From positions 2,217,990 through 2,281,989 of the forward strand of contig OZ243042.1 in assembly GCA_965212085.1 (NCBI GenBank): a stretch of DNA of 64,000 nt. The letters run 5' to 3'. Below are positions 18,475 to 27,721 of this stretch, piece by piece; position 1 is the stretch's first letter; each line of letters starts with the position of its first letter. Source of the DNA: Candidatus Poriferihabitaceae bacterium (GTDB lineage Bacteria > Pseudomonadota > Gammaproteobacteria > Arenicellales > Poriferihabitantaceae). The translations under genes were made by a program, and so were the position numbers. A model generated the notes under the pieces. That model saw nothing but the letters and a program-made list of their open reading frames with translations. It made no database searches and had not been told where the DNA came from.

Positions 18475-19913
18475 CGCGGCGCAAGTGTGCGGGCGCGGTT
18501 TTGCTGGCCTTCATCGCCGCCGCCGCCATCACCACCGGCACGCCGGCGTTCGCCGACCAACACGCCCCGGCATCCAACAACCTGAGCGACCTGCTACAAC
18601 AAGTCCGCGCCGCGCGCCAGGCCGGCAGCGCCGCCAACCGCGAACGCGAACGCGCGTTCATCCAAAAACGAGACGACCGCCGCCGCCTGCTGGATGACGC
18701 CAAACGCCGCCTCTCGGAACTGGCCGCCACCGGCGACCGCTTGGAAAAACAGTTCAACGCCAACGAACTCAAACTCGCGGAACTCGAAACCCTGTACCGC
18801 CAGCGCGCCGGCAACTTTGACCAACTGGCCGGCGTGTTCAGCCGCGCCGCCGCCGACCTCGCCGCCCAGTACACCAACTCCATCGCCGCATTGGGGCTGG
18901 AACAACGGCGCGCACAACTCGCGGCGATGGGCGCGCAAAAACACCTGCCGGAGGCGGCGCAGTTTGACGATCTGCTGCTGGCGTTCCTGGAACTGATGAC
19001 CATGCAGGCGGCCAACGTGCGTTTTGAAAGCGAAGTCGTGCTGCCCGGCGGGGAAGGGAAGCGGCGGCAGGTGGTGCGTTATGGGCCGTTCACGGCGACC
19101 GCCGGCGGTGATTTTCTTTCCTATCTGGCGGCGGAAGGGGGCGAAGATGGCAAAGGCGGCAAGCCCGGTCAACTCTTCCAACTGGCGCGTCATCCGGCGT
19201 CTCGCTATGTCAACGCCGCGCAATCGTTCGCAACCGCCGGGTCGGGCACTGATTCGGATTCGGGTTCAAACTATTTCGCCGCGCCCATAGACCCCTCCCG
19301 TGGCGCGGTGCTGTCGCTGCTGGTGCGCGCGCCGTCCCTCGCCGAGCGCGTCGAGCAGGGCGGCATAGTCGGCTACTTCATCCTGCTGATCGGCGCCGCC
19401 GGCGTGTTGCTCGGTCTGGAACGATTGTGGACCTTGAGCCGCGCCCGCCGCGCGGTCAACCGGCAACGCCGCGAAGTCGACAACCCGCGGGACACCAACC
19501 CCCTGGGCCGGGTGTTCGCGGCCTGCGCCGCTGAACGCGCCACCGACGGCGCCGCCTTTGAGTTGCTGGAAATCAAACTGGAAGACGCGGTGCTGCGGGA
19601 ACTGCCGGCGCTGGAACGGGGGCTTGGCGCGATGAAGGTGTTCGCCGCGGTGGCGCCGCTGCTCGGCCTGCTGGGCACGGTGACCGGCATGATCGAAACC
19701 TTTCAGGTAATCACCTTGTTCGGCACCGGCGACCCCAAACTCATGGCCGGCGGCATCAGCCAGGCGCTGGTGACCACCGCCCTCGGCCTCATCGTCGCCG
19801 TGCCCATCCTGCTGCTGCACACCCTCGCCCACGCCCGCAGCCGCGCCATCCGGGAAATCCTCGAAGTCCAGAGCGCCGGCCTGCTGGCCCGGCACGCCGA
19901 GGCGCGGGCCTGA
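18471..19913 (+). CDS. large MotA/TolQ/ExbB family proton-channel protein (TtpC-like)
   Basis: Start at MTRRKCAGAVLL (ATGA overlap with the upstream stop). Long periplasmic coiled-coil region, then a C-terminal MotA/ExbB channel domain (APLLGLLGTVTGMIETF). Confidence 0.75.
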   Translation: MTRRKCAGAVLLAFIAAAAITTGTPAFADQHAPASNNLSDLLQQVRAARQAGSAANRERERAFIQKRDDRRRLLDDAKRRLSELAATGDRLEKQFNANELKLAELETLYRQRAGNFDQLAGVFSRAAADLAAQYTNSIAALGLEQRRAQLAAMGAQKHLPEAAQFDDLLLAFLELMTMQAANVRFESEVVLPGGEGKRRQVVRYGPFTATAGGDFLSYLAAEGGEDGKGGKPGQLFQLARHPASRYVNAAQSFATAGSGTDSDSGSNYFAAPIDPSRGAVLSLLVRAPSLAERVEQGGIVGYFILLIGAAGVLLGLERLWTLSRARRAVNRQRREVDNPRDTNPLGRVFAACAAERATDGAAFELLEIKLEDAVLRELPALERGLGAMKVFAAVAPLLGLLGTVTGMIETFQVITLFGTGDPKLMAGGISQALVTTALGLIVAVPILLLHTLAHARSRAIREILEVQSAGLLARHAEARA

Positions 19914-19918
19914 TAGCA

Positions 19919-20473
19919 ATGAACCTGCCGGCCCTGCTACCGTGGGTGGACGACGCCCACTACCACGCCATGGGCGCGTTCTTCGACAGCGGCGGCCTGG
20001 TGCTGGCGGTCATCCTCGCGTTCACCTTCCTCATCTGGCTGCTCATCATTGAGCGTTACTGGTATTTCGTCTTTCATTCGGGGGCGCGCGCGGCTGCGTT
20101 CAGTGCCGGGTGGAGCGCCCGCGCCGAGCGGCGTTCGCGCGCCGCCCGCGCCTTGCGCGCTTGCTGGCTGTCGCAGTTTCGCTTGCAACTGGAGCAGCGC
20201 ATCGGCCTCATCGGCACGCTGGTCGGCATCAGTTTGCTACTCGGCCTGCTCGGCACGGTGAGCGGCATGGTCGGCGTATTTGAAGGGTTGTCGGTGTTCG
20301 GCGCCGGCGCAAGCGGGGGGATTCGCGCGGTGGCGGACGGCGTCACCCGCGCCACCATCCCGGCCATGGCGGGCATGGTCGCGGCGTTGTCCGGGGTTTA
20401 TTTTTCCGCGCAACTGAAAAAACGCGCCGCCCGTGAAGTGCGAAAACTGCGCGCCCAACTGGCGCTCGGCTGA
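19919..20473 (+). CDS. exbB: ExbB (MotA/TolQ/ExbB proton channel)
   Basis: 184 aa, three TM segments, LLGLLGTVSGMVGVF motif. Confidence 0.8.
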   Translation: MNLPALLPWVDDAHYHAMGAFFDSGGLVLAVILAFTFLIWLLIIERYWYFVFHSGARAAAFSAGWSARAERRSRAARALRACWLSQFRLQLEQRIGLIGTLVGISLLLGLLGTVSGMVGVFEGLSVFGAGASGGIRAVADGVTRATIPAMAGMVAALSGVYFSAQLKKRAAREVRKLRAQLALG

Positions 20474-20883
20474 TGCGAAGACGCCGCGAAACCCTCGCCG
20501 AGGAAGACGCCGGACTCAACCTTACGCCGATGATTGACATCGTCTTCATCATGCTGATTTTTTTCATCGTAACCGCCTCGTTCGTCAAAGAAGCCGGCAT
20601 CGCCGTCAACCGCCCGGCGGCGCACAGCGCGGTGGTGCAGGAACACGCCGCCATCATCGTTGCCATCACCGCCGCCGGCGAAATCTGGATTGACCGGCGG
20701 CGCGTGGATATCCGCGCGGTGCGCGCCAACGTAGAACGCCTGTACCTGGAAACCCCGCGCGGCGGAGTGGTCATTCAGGCCGACCAACGCGCCCGCCACG
20801 GCGTGTTCGTTGAGGTGCTGGACCAGGTGCGCCTCGCCGGCGTGGAAAAAATTGCCATTGCCGCCGATGCGGAACGCGACTGA
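20473..20883 (+). CDS. exbD: ExbD/TolR biopolymer transport protein
   Basis: N-terminal LNLTPMIDIVFIMLIFFIV, 136 aa. Confidence 0.85.
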   Translation: MRRRRETLAEEDAGLNLTPMIDIVFIMLIFFIVTASFVKEAGIAVNRPAAHSAVVQEHAAIIVAITAAGEIWIDRRRVDIRAVRANVERLYLETPRGGVVIQADQRARHGVFVEVLDQVRLAGVEKIAIAADAERD

Positions 20884-21529
20884 GTTATTGCACGAGTCTC
20901 CGTCCGGCGGCTGGCGCTGGGCCGCCGCCGCGCCGCCGGCGGCGCTCGCCACCGGCGCATTGTTCGCGCTGATGTACTACTTTACCGCCGCCGGCAACGG
21001 CGCCGCGCTGACCCTCGACCAACGCCCGCTGGTGCTTGATTTCGTGCGCATCCAACGCGACACCCGGGTCATCGAAAAAACCCGCCGCCTGCCGCCCAAA
21101 CCCAAACTGGACAGCCAAGCCGCCGCGTCCCGCAGCGCGCGCCTGCCGTCGCTGCCCGAGCGCGCGCCCCCGGCGTTGGCGCCGCCGGACGTGCGCGTAC
21201 CGGCGTTTGTGCCACGGCTGGACGGCGGCTTCGGCGCGTTTGGTTTTGCCGGCAACCGTGAGGTCGTGCCGCTGGCGCGCATCAGCCCGGTCTATCCGCT
21301 GCGCGCCGAGCGCCGCCGCATTGAAGGCTGGGTGCGGGTCGGGTTCACCATCGGCGAGGACGGCGGCGTGATCGCGCCCCGCGTGCTTGAGGCCGAGCCG
21401 GAAAAAATCTTTGACCGCGCCGCCCTCAACGCCATCTCCCGGTGGCGCTACCAACCCCAACTCATAGACGGCCGCGCGGTGCGGCGCAGCGGCGTGGAAG
21501 TCATCGTGCGCTTTCAGTTGCCGGAGTAA
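20867..21529 (+). CDS. tonB: TonB family energy transducer
   Basis: TM anchor, Pro-rich spacer (PPKPKLD...PPALAPPDV), and C-terminal TonB domain (YPLRAERRRIEGWVRVGFTIGEDG...RWRYQP). The start is uncertain: ATG 20867 or in-frame TTG 20888. Confidence 0.75.
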   Translation: MRNATELLHESPSGGWRWAAAAPPAALATGALFALMYYFTAAGNGAALTLDQRPLVLDFVRIQRDTRVIEKTRRLPPKPKLDSQAAASRSARLPSLPERAPPALAPPDVRVPAFVPRLDGGFGAFGFAGNREVVPLARISPVYPLRAERRRIEGWVRVGFTIGEDGGVIAPRVLEAEPEKIFDRAALNAISRWRYQPQLIDGRAVRRSGVEVIVRFQLPE

Positions 21530-21538
21530 TCACCGATC

Positions 21539-22720
21539 ATGCGCCGCGCAGTTTTTTTTGGCCGATGGTTGTTTTATGGCGCGTTGCTTTTGCCGTTCGT
21601 CGCCGGCACCGCCACCGCCGCCAACTACCTGGTCTCGGAACGCGCCTACCGCGCGCTGGCCAAAGCCGAGGAGCAAATGCAGGCGCAAGCCCACGCGGGC
21701 GCGGTGCAAACCATTGACCGCGCCCTCAAGCGGCGCGGGCTGAGCGGATACGAACGCGCGCTCTTGCAACGCCTCGCCGGGGCGGCATTGCTGGATGCCG
21801 GCGAGCACGCGGCGGCGGCCACGCGCCTGCAAGCCGCGCTGGCCGGCGAAACCCTGCCTGTAGCCATGCTGGAAAAGCTGCGCTATCAACTGGCGCAGTT
21901 ATACCTGCACGAATCCCGCTACCAGGACGCGCTGGCGGTCAGCAAGCCGTGGAGCGAAGCGGGCGCGCAGCCGTCCGCCGCAGTGTGTTTCGTGATCGCC
22001 TCGGCAAATGCCGCCCTTGAGCAACTGCCCGAAGCGTTGCGCTGGGCGGAACGCGGACTGAAGCAACTCGCGAGCGAGAACGAGAATGTTGTGCCCGCCG
22101 AATCCCGCTACGCCTTCGTCGCCGGGCTAAACCTCGCCCTGGAACGCTATCCCCGCGCCGCCGAACTGCTGGAGGAACTGGTCAGCCGCTATCCGCAGAC
22201 CGCCCAACACTGGCGGCAGTTGACGGCGGTGTACCATCACCTTGAGCGCGCCGAACGCGCCCTCGCCGTGGCCGAACTCGGGCATCTGCGCGGCGCGTTG
22301 ACCACCGCCCGGGACCTTGACCTGCTGGCGCGCTTGTATTTGCGCCACGACCTGCCCCATAAAGCCGCGCTGCTGCTGGACGATGCCCTGCAAAACGCCG
22401 CCGATTCAGATTCCGCATCGGCCTTTGACGCGCCCCGCTACCGCCTGCTGGCCAACGCCTGGGTCGCGGCGCGGGAATACGCCCGCGCCCTCGCGCCGCT
22501 GGAGGCCGCCGCCGCCCTGCTGCGCGCCGCCGGTAACGCGGGCCGCGAAGCCGAGGTGCGCCTGCTCAAGGGCATCGCCCACGCCCACCTTGAACAGCCC
22601 GTTGCGGCGGCGCGGGAGTTGGCCCATTCCCTCGACCACCCCGGCACCCGCAAGGCCGCCGGCCAATGGCTGAGCTATGTGGAAGCGCGGGAAAAACCGC
22701 CCGGCGGGGCTGGCCTTTGA
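21539..22720 (+). CDS. TPR-repeat protein (TtpD-like, last gene of the TonB2-type cluster)
   Basis: Signal peptide plus Ala/Leu-rich TPR-like repeats, in the position downstream of tonB. Confidence 0.6.
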   Translation: MRRAVFFGRWLFYGALLLPFVAGTATAANYLVSERAYRALAKAEEQMQAQAHAGAVQTIDRALKRRGLSGYERALLQRLAGAALLDAGEHAAAATRLQAALAGETLPVAMLEKLRYQLAQLYLHESRYQDALAVSKPWSEAGAQPSAAVCFVIASANAALEQLPEALRWAERGLKQLASENENVVPAESRYAFVAGLNLALERYPRAAELLEELVSRYPQTAQHWRQLTAVYHHLERAERALAVAELGHLRGALTTARDLDLLARLYLRHDLPHKAALLLDDALQNAADSDSASAFDAPRYRLLANAWVAAREYARALAPLEAAAALLRAAGNAGREAEVRLLKGIAHAHLEQPVAAARELAHSLDHPGTRKAAGQWLSYVEAREKPPGGAGL

Positions 22721-22799
22721 GTGGCGAATGGGGTAGGGTAGCCCCTGTTACTGGCGAATATGAACCCCAAGCCCACCCCCCACACCCTCGGAGGTAGTC

Positions 22800-25202
22800 A
22801 TGACACACCCAACCTTTGCGTTTCATTCTCTCGCCCGGATGACCCGGATCGCCCGAGTGTCCCGCCCGTTGCTTGTTGCCCTGCCGGCGGTAGTGCTTGC
22901 CGCGGGGCTTCACCACCCGGCATCGGCGCAACAGTCCGCGTCCGCGGCCCCGTCCGCCACCTTGCTGGAAGAGGTGGTGGTAACCGCGCGCAAGCGCGAG
23001 GAATCCGCCCAGGACGTGCCGCTGCCGATTACCGCCTACGGCGCCGAGCAGATTGACGCCCTCAAGGTGCGCGACCTGACTTCGCTGGCGGTGGGCATCC
23101 CCAACGTGGCGCTGGACGACATCGGCACCATCAAAGGAGTCGCCAACTTCTCCATCCGCGGCCTCGGCGTCAACAGCTCCATCCCTTCCATTGACCCCAC
23201 GGTCGGCGTGTTCGTGGACGGCGTCTATATGGGCGTCAACTACGGCATTTTGTTCGACACCTTTGACCTGGAAAGCATTGAAGTGCTGCGCGGGCCACAA
23301 GGCACCTTGTTCGGGCGCAACGTTACCGGCGGCGCGATCCTGCTCAACAGCAAAAAGCCCGGCCCGGAGCGCGAATCCGTCATCAAAACCGCCGTGGACC
23401 GAGGCGATGACGGCGGCCACGACGGCCTCAACCGCTACTTGATGGGCAGCACCAGCGGCCCCATCAGCAAAACCGTGAACGCCAAAATCACCGCCTACTA
23501 CAATGATGACGACGGCTGGTTTGAGAACGATTTCAACGGCGACAATTTCGGCGAACTGGAGCAGGTGATGTTCCGCCCCAGTCTGGTGTGGACGCCGAAT
23601 GACGACGTGGAGTTGTATGTGAAGTATGAAAATATGGACATCAAGTCGGATGGGCCGGCGGCGCAGTCGCATACCAACGGTAGCGGCACCCCCGGAACCC
23701 CGAACAATTATGACCGCAACAGCCACAAGTTTTCCATTGATACGGAAGGTTTTCTGGAGGCGGAGAGCGATTTGTTTTCCGCCCAACTGGACTGGCGGGC
23801 GCACGGCGGCACCTTCACCAACATCTTCGGCTGGAAAGACTACGAACATTCCTCGCTGAGCGACATTGACGCCCAACCACTCAATCTGTTCGATGCCCCC
23901 ATTGACTTGGAAACCGACCAGTTCAGCAACGAGTTGCGCTGGAACGGCCTGCTGGCGAACGACCGCCTCAACTTCACCGCCGGGTTGTTCTACTTCACTC
24001 AGGATATATCGTACGCCGAGCGGCGTATTCTAAGTACTGAGCATGCTCCCGCACCTCTGCTCGGTGCCCCACCTGCGCCACCTGTGGAGCAGTTTATACT
24101 GGACGGCGGCGGCGAATACGAAGTGGAGACCACCGCATTGTTCCTCGCCGGCGATTACGACATGAACAACGCCTGGACCCTGAACCTCGGCATCCGCTAC
24201 ACGGAGGAGAAAAAAGACGCAAAAATTGCCTCGCTCATAAATAACCGTACCTTTTTCTCGGATGCCGAAGACCCTACTTCAACAATCGCTGCGGGAGGAG
24301 GGGATAACCGCTGCAACGTGGTGGACGGCACTTGCGGGTTTGATTTTGATGATGACGATGACTGGAACACCTGGTCGCCCAAGATCGGCATCACCCGCCA
24401 CTTGGACAGCGGCGGGCTGGTCTATGCCCACTGGGCGCGCGGCTATCGTTCCGGCGGCTACAACCTGCGTAATACCGCCTCGCGCGACGACACGCGTCAA
24501 GACTTTATTCAAGTCGAAGCGTTTGACGAGGAGCGCACCGACAACTTTGAAATCGGTTACAAAAGCGACTATGCCCGTGGCCGCTTCAATGCTTCAATTT
24601 TCTACAACCGCATTGAAGATATGCAGCGGGAATTGAACATGCCTAGCCAAGGTGCCGGCGTGGTGCAAATCGTTCGCAACACCGCGGACGCGCGCATCGT
24701 GGGGATTGAACTGGAAGGCATCTACAAGGTAACCGACTACTTCATCCTGAACGCATCGGTGGGTGCGATAGACGCCGAGTACACCGAGGTGAAGGAAGAC
24801 CTGAACGGAGACGGCAATGTTGACGGGGCAGACGAAGATTTGGATCTGCCGCGCGCCGCCGACCTGACCTGGAGTTTGGGTTTCAACTGGGACGTGGAAA
24901 TCGGCGGCTGGGGCTTTATGACCGCGCGCGCCAACTACGCCTACCGGGATGAGTCCGCCTATACCGATAGCAACCTGGGCTTCATCAACGAACAGGACAT
25001 CGTCAACGCCGGGCTGGACTTCTACGGCAACAACGGCTGGACCATCGGGTTGTACGGCAACAACCTGCTGGATGAGGTCAAGCACGGCGGCGACACCCAA
25101 CTGCCCGGCTTTATCGGCGTCCAGGCTAATATGCTCGGCGGAACCTTCTCCCCGCTGGCAAAAGGCCGCCACTACGGCGTGGAAGTCAAGCGCGACTTTT
25201 AA
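22800..25202 (+). CDS. TonB-dependent outer-membrane receptor
   Basis: Signal peptide, plug domain (EEVVVTARKREES.QDVP), beta-barrel repeats, C-terminal ...GVEVKRDF ending in Phe. Confidence 0.9.
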   Translation: MTHPTFAFHSLARMTRIARVSRPLLVALPAVVLAAGLHHPASAQQSASAAPSATLLEEVVVTARKREESAQDVPLPITAYGAEQIDALKVRDLTSLAVGIPNVALDDIGTIKGVANFSIRGLGVNSSIPSIDPTVGVFVDGVYMGVNYGILFDTFDLESIEVLRGPQGTLFGRNVTGGAILLNSKKPGPERESVIKTAVDRGDDGGHDGLNRYLMGSTSGPISKTVNAKITAYYNDDDGWFENDFNGDNFGELEQVMFRPSLVWTPNDDVELYVKYENMDIKSDGPAAQSHTNGSGTPGTPNNYDRNSHKFSIDTEGFLEAESDLFSAQLDWRAHGGTFTNIFGWKDYEHSSLSDIDAQPLNLFDAPIDLETDQFSNELRWNGLLANDRLNFTAGLFYFTQDISYAERRILSTEHAPAPLLGAPPAPPVEQFILDGGGEYEVETTALFLAGDYDMNNAWTLNLGIRYTEEKKDAKIASLINNRTFFSDAEDPTSTIAAGGGDNRCNVVDGTCGFDFDDDDDWNTWSPKIGITRHLDSGGLVYAHWARGYRSGGYNLRNTASRDDTRQDFIQVEAFDEERTDNFEIGYKSDYARGRFNASIFYNRIEDMQRELNMPSQGAGVVQIVRNTADARIVGIELEGIYKVTDYFILNASVGAIDAEYTEVKEDLNGDGNVDGADEDLDLPRAADLTWSLGFNWDVEIGGWGFMTARANYAYRDESAYTDSNLGFINEQDIVNAGLDFYGNNGWTIGLYGNNLLDEVKHGGDTQLPGFIGVQANMLGGTFSPLAKGRHYGVEVKRDF

Positions 25203-25242
25203 TCCGCCGCTGGCACAAGTAACAGGTGGATGACGTTGCGCG

Positions 25243-26538
25243 TCAAAACAAGGCGCGCAACGCTTCCACCAGCCGTGCGACTTCCGCTTCGGTGTTGTAG
25301 TGGGCAAAACTGATTCGTAACACCCCGTCCTCGCTGTCTTTGAGTCCCACCGCCTCCAGCAACCGCCTGGCGTAAAAATGACCGTGGCCGGCGGCGATGT
25401 CCTTTGTCGCGAGGGCCGCCGACAACCGCGCAGACGAATAGCGTTCGCATACCAGCGCGAGGTTGGCTTCGCGGCCTTGCATGGTGTCGCGCCCGATGAC
25501 GCGCAGGGGCAACTCCCGCACCGCCTCCAGCAGGGTCGCGCACAGTTCGGTTTCGTGGCGGCGCATGATCTTTGAAACCGCCAGGGCTTTGTCGTTGAGC
25601 GAAACATCCGCTTCATCGGAACCGGAACCGGAACCGGAACCGGATTCGCCGAAGTGATGCCGGTAACTCGCCGCGAAATAATCCCCGAGGCCGGCCAGCG
25701 CGGCGATGGCGGCGTGATCCGGGCCGGCGGCGTCCAGGCGTTTCTCCGCGTGGCCGGTGTTGAAATAGTGGCACTGCGGGTCAAGGGCCGCGGCAAACTC
25801 CGGCGCCGTGTACATCACGCCGAGGTGGGTGGCGTAGGTTTTGTAGGTGCTGAAACAATAGGTATCGGGGCGCAACGCGGCGAGGTCGGGCCATTGATGG
25901 GGGGCGCAGGAAACCCCGTCCACCACCACCCTGATCGGGTTTTCGTTTCCATTCTCGCGGCACAAGCCGATCACTTCGCCCACCGGATTGAGCGTACCGA
26001 TGATGTTGGAACTGTGCGTCATGCACAGGATTTTCACCCGCGCATCCAGCAGTCGCCGCAGCGCATCCACGCACAACTCGCCGGTCTGCGGATCCACCGC
26101 CCACATCACCAGTTTCGCGCCGCTGCGCCGGCAAAGCCGCTCCCATGCGCCGATGTTGGCTTCGTGATCCTGCCCCGAGACGATGACCTTGTCCCCCGGC
26201 TTGACGATGGCGGCGCAGGCCACCGCCAGGGTGTTGAGGTTCTGAGTGGTGGACGGGCCGAGGGTAACGGTGTCCGTTGCCACCCCCAGCAAGCCGGCCA
26301 TGCTGCGGCGGCCATCATCCATTTGCTCGCCGGCAACGCGCAAGATTTCGGCGGCGCCGTAAGGCTGCGCCTTGTTGGCGCGGTAGAAGTGCAACAACCG
26401 CTCCAACACCCCCCCGGCCACATAACTGCCGCCGGCGTTTTCAAAAAACGCAGTCCTGGCCGGCAACGGTTCGGCAAAAGCGGGGAAACAGGCGCGCACG
26501 AACTCCAAGTCAAGACGCGGGTCGGGGGGTGGGGTCAT
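25243..26538 (-). CDS. class-V aminotransferase / cysteine desulfurase-like protein
   Basis: Start at MTPPPDPRLDLEFVR (ATG 26538). Class-V fold motifs (FENAGGSYV, HSSNIIGT, FSTYKTY). Contains a (GS)n insert encoded by a hexanucleotide repeat. Confidence 0.75.
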   Translation of the reverse strand: MTPPPDPRLDLEFVRACFPAFAEPLPARTAFFENAGGSYVAGGVLERLLHFYRANKAQPYGAAEILRVAGEQMDDGRRSMAGLLGVATDTVTLGPSTTQNLNTLAVACAAIVKPGDKVIVSGQDHEANIGAWERLCRRSGAKLVMWAVDPQTGELCVDALRRLLDARVKILCMTHSSNIIGTLNPVGEVIGLCRENGNENPIRVVVDGVSCAPHQWPDLAALRPDTYCFSTYKTYATHLGVMYTAPEFAAALDPQCHYFNTGHAEKRLDAAGPDHAAIAALAGLGDYFAASYRHHFGESGSGSGSGSDEADVSLNDKALAVSKIMRRHETELCATLLEAVRELPLRVIGRDTMQGREANLALVCERYSSARLSAALATKDIAAGHGHFYARRLLEAVGLKDSEDGVLRISFAHYNTEAEVARLVEALRALF

Positions 26539-26614
26539 GGATTGCGTGGCGTTATGGAAATGAGGCAAGGCGGCAGTGTGCGCCCGCCGGCGGCGGCGTG
26601 TCAAATGGTGTGGG

Positions 26615-27069
26615 GCGCGAGGGCGCGGGGTGGGTTGCGCGTGACGCGCATTGTGGGGGGGAGACCCCCCACGCCCCCCTGTGCGGCGCGGGAAAACATC
26701 CTGTTTTCAGCGCCGCTGCGCACATCCCTGTGCGCGATGGCCGGCTATCGCCGGGCCGAAAAAGCGGATCCGATACGATGAAAAATATGGTCGCTACGCT
26801 CCCTATTTTTCTATCGTTCGGGTATGACACCGAGGGCGTAAGGAAGGACAAAGGAAGCGCAAAAGAAGCGACCAAGCCTCTTCGTTTCCCTTGCCCGTCT
26901 TTACACCCCTGCGGCCGTCCAACCGGCGGCGTAGCCGCTAACTTCGGCGTGCGCAGGACGCGCACGGCGGCGCTGGAAACAGGATGTTTCCCCGCGCCGC
27001 AAGGGGGGTCTGCGGGGGGTCTCCCCCCGCAAATGCGCGTCACGCGCAACCGCACCCCGCGCCTCGCGC
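26615..27069. repeat. MITE-like element: imperfect inverted-repeat arms of about 120 bp flanking a centre that contains a repeat unit A
   Basis: The left arm (26615-26735) and the reverse complement of the right arm (26951-27069) align over their full length with scattered mismatches. Each arm carries the GGGGGGAGACCCCCC palindrome. Unit A in reverse lies at 26766-26828. Confidence 0.85.
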
Positions 27070-27096
27070 CCGCGCCCCGCGCCTCGCGCAACCGGT

Positions 27097-27651
27097 TTAG
27101 CCTCTGGATTGTTCGTACCGGCCTTTTTTGCCGGGTAAGCGGGATAACCGGGAGCGGCGTTTGTCGCGGGTGTTGATTACCACCATGCGCCATACCACCC
27201 GCACCGCGAAGTATGCGGCGCAGGCCAGGGCGACGCCGAAGATCAGGCAGCCGAGCCACAGGGCGGCCAGTTCCTGCATCATGGTTTCGATGGTGATGCG
27301 GTGGATGGACAGGCCGGTGTCGCCGAGTAGCGCCGACCCCAGCAGGTAGGGGGGCGCGTACAAGACGATCCAGGTGAACGGGTTGGATAGCCACACCAGC
27401 ACGATGGACAGCGGCAGGTTGGCGCGCCACAACACCGCCAGCAACGCCGCCGGCAGCATTTCCAGGGGCATCGGCAGGTAGGCGCAGAACAGGCCGACGG
27501 CGGCGGCGCGGGAGATGGTGTTGCGGTTGATCATCCACAACGCCGGGTCGCTGAAGCGAATCCCCAGGTAGTGGAACGGCGGCAGGGATTTGATGCGCCC
27601 GGGGCCGGGCAGGTATTTTTTTATGCGCGCTCTGGGCATGGTTTTGCTCAA
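27097..27651 (-). CDS. DUF2062 domain-containing membrane protein
   Basis: Motif GLFCAYLP.P......A.LLAVLWRANLPLSI.LVWLSNPFT. Divergent from comEC, a commonly seen arrangement. Confidence 0.7.
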   Translation of the reverse strand: MSKTMPRARIKKYLPGPGRIKSLPPFHYLGIRFSDPALWMINRNTISRAAAVGLFCAYLPMPLEMLPAALLAVLWRANLPLSIVLVWLSNPFTWIVLYAPPYLLGSALLGDTGLSIHRITIETMMQELAALWLGCLIFGVALACAAYFAVRVVWRMVVINTRDKRRSRLSRLPGKKGRYEQSRG

Positions 27652-27721
27652 CTATTTGGTCAACGCGGGGCGATTGGTGGTAGTATAGCCGGGACAAGGA
27701 TAGCGATCAGGATGATCCATT

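Noticed and set aside
26277-27697. ORFs 26277-27176 (+) and 26552-27697 (-) spanning the intergenic repeat region.
   Set aside because: They run through the inverted-repeat arms and unit A. The minus-strand ORF also runs on through the DUF2062 gene region in an alternative reading frame. Their open frames are a by-product of GC-rich repeats. Peptide stretches such as SYPNDRKIGS recur wherever unit A occurs.
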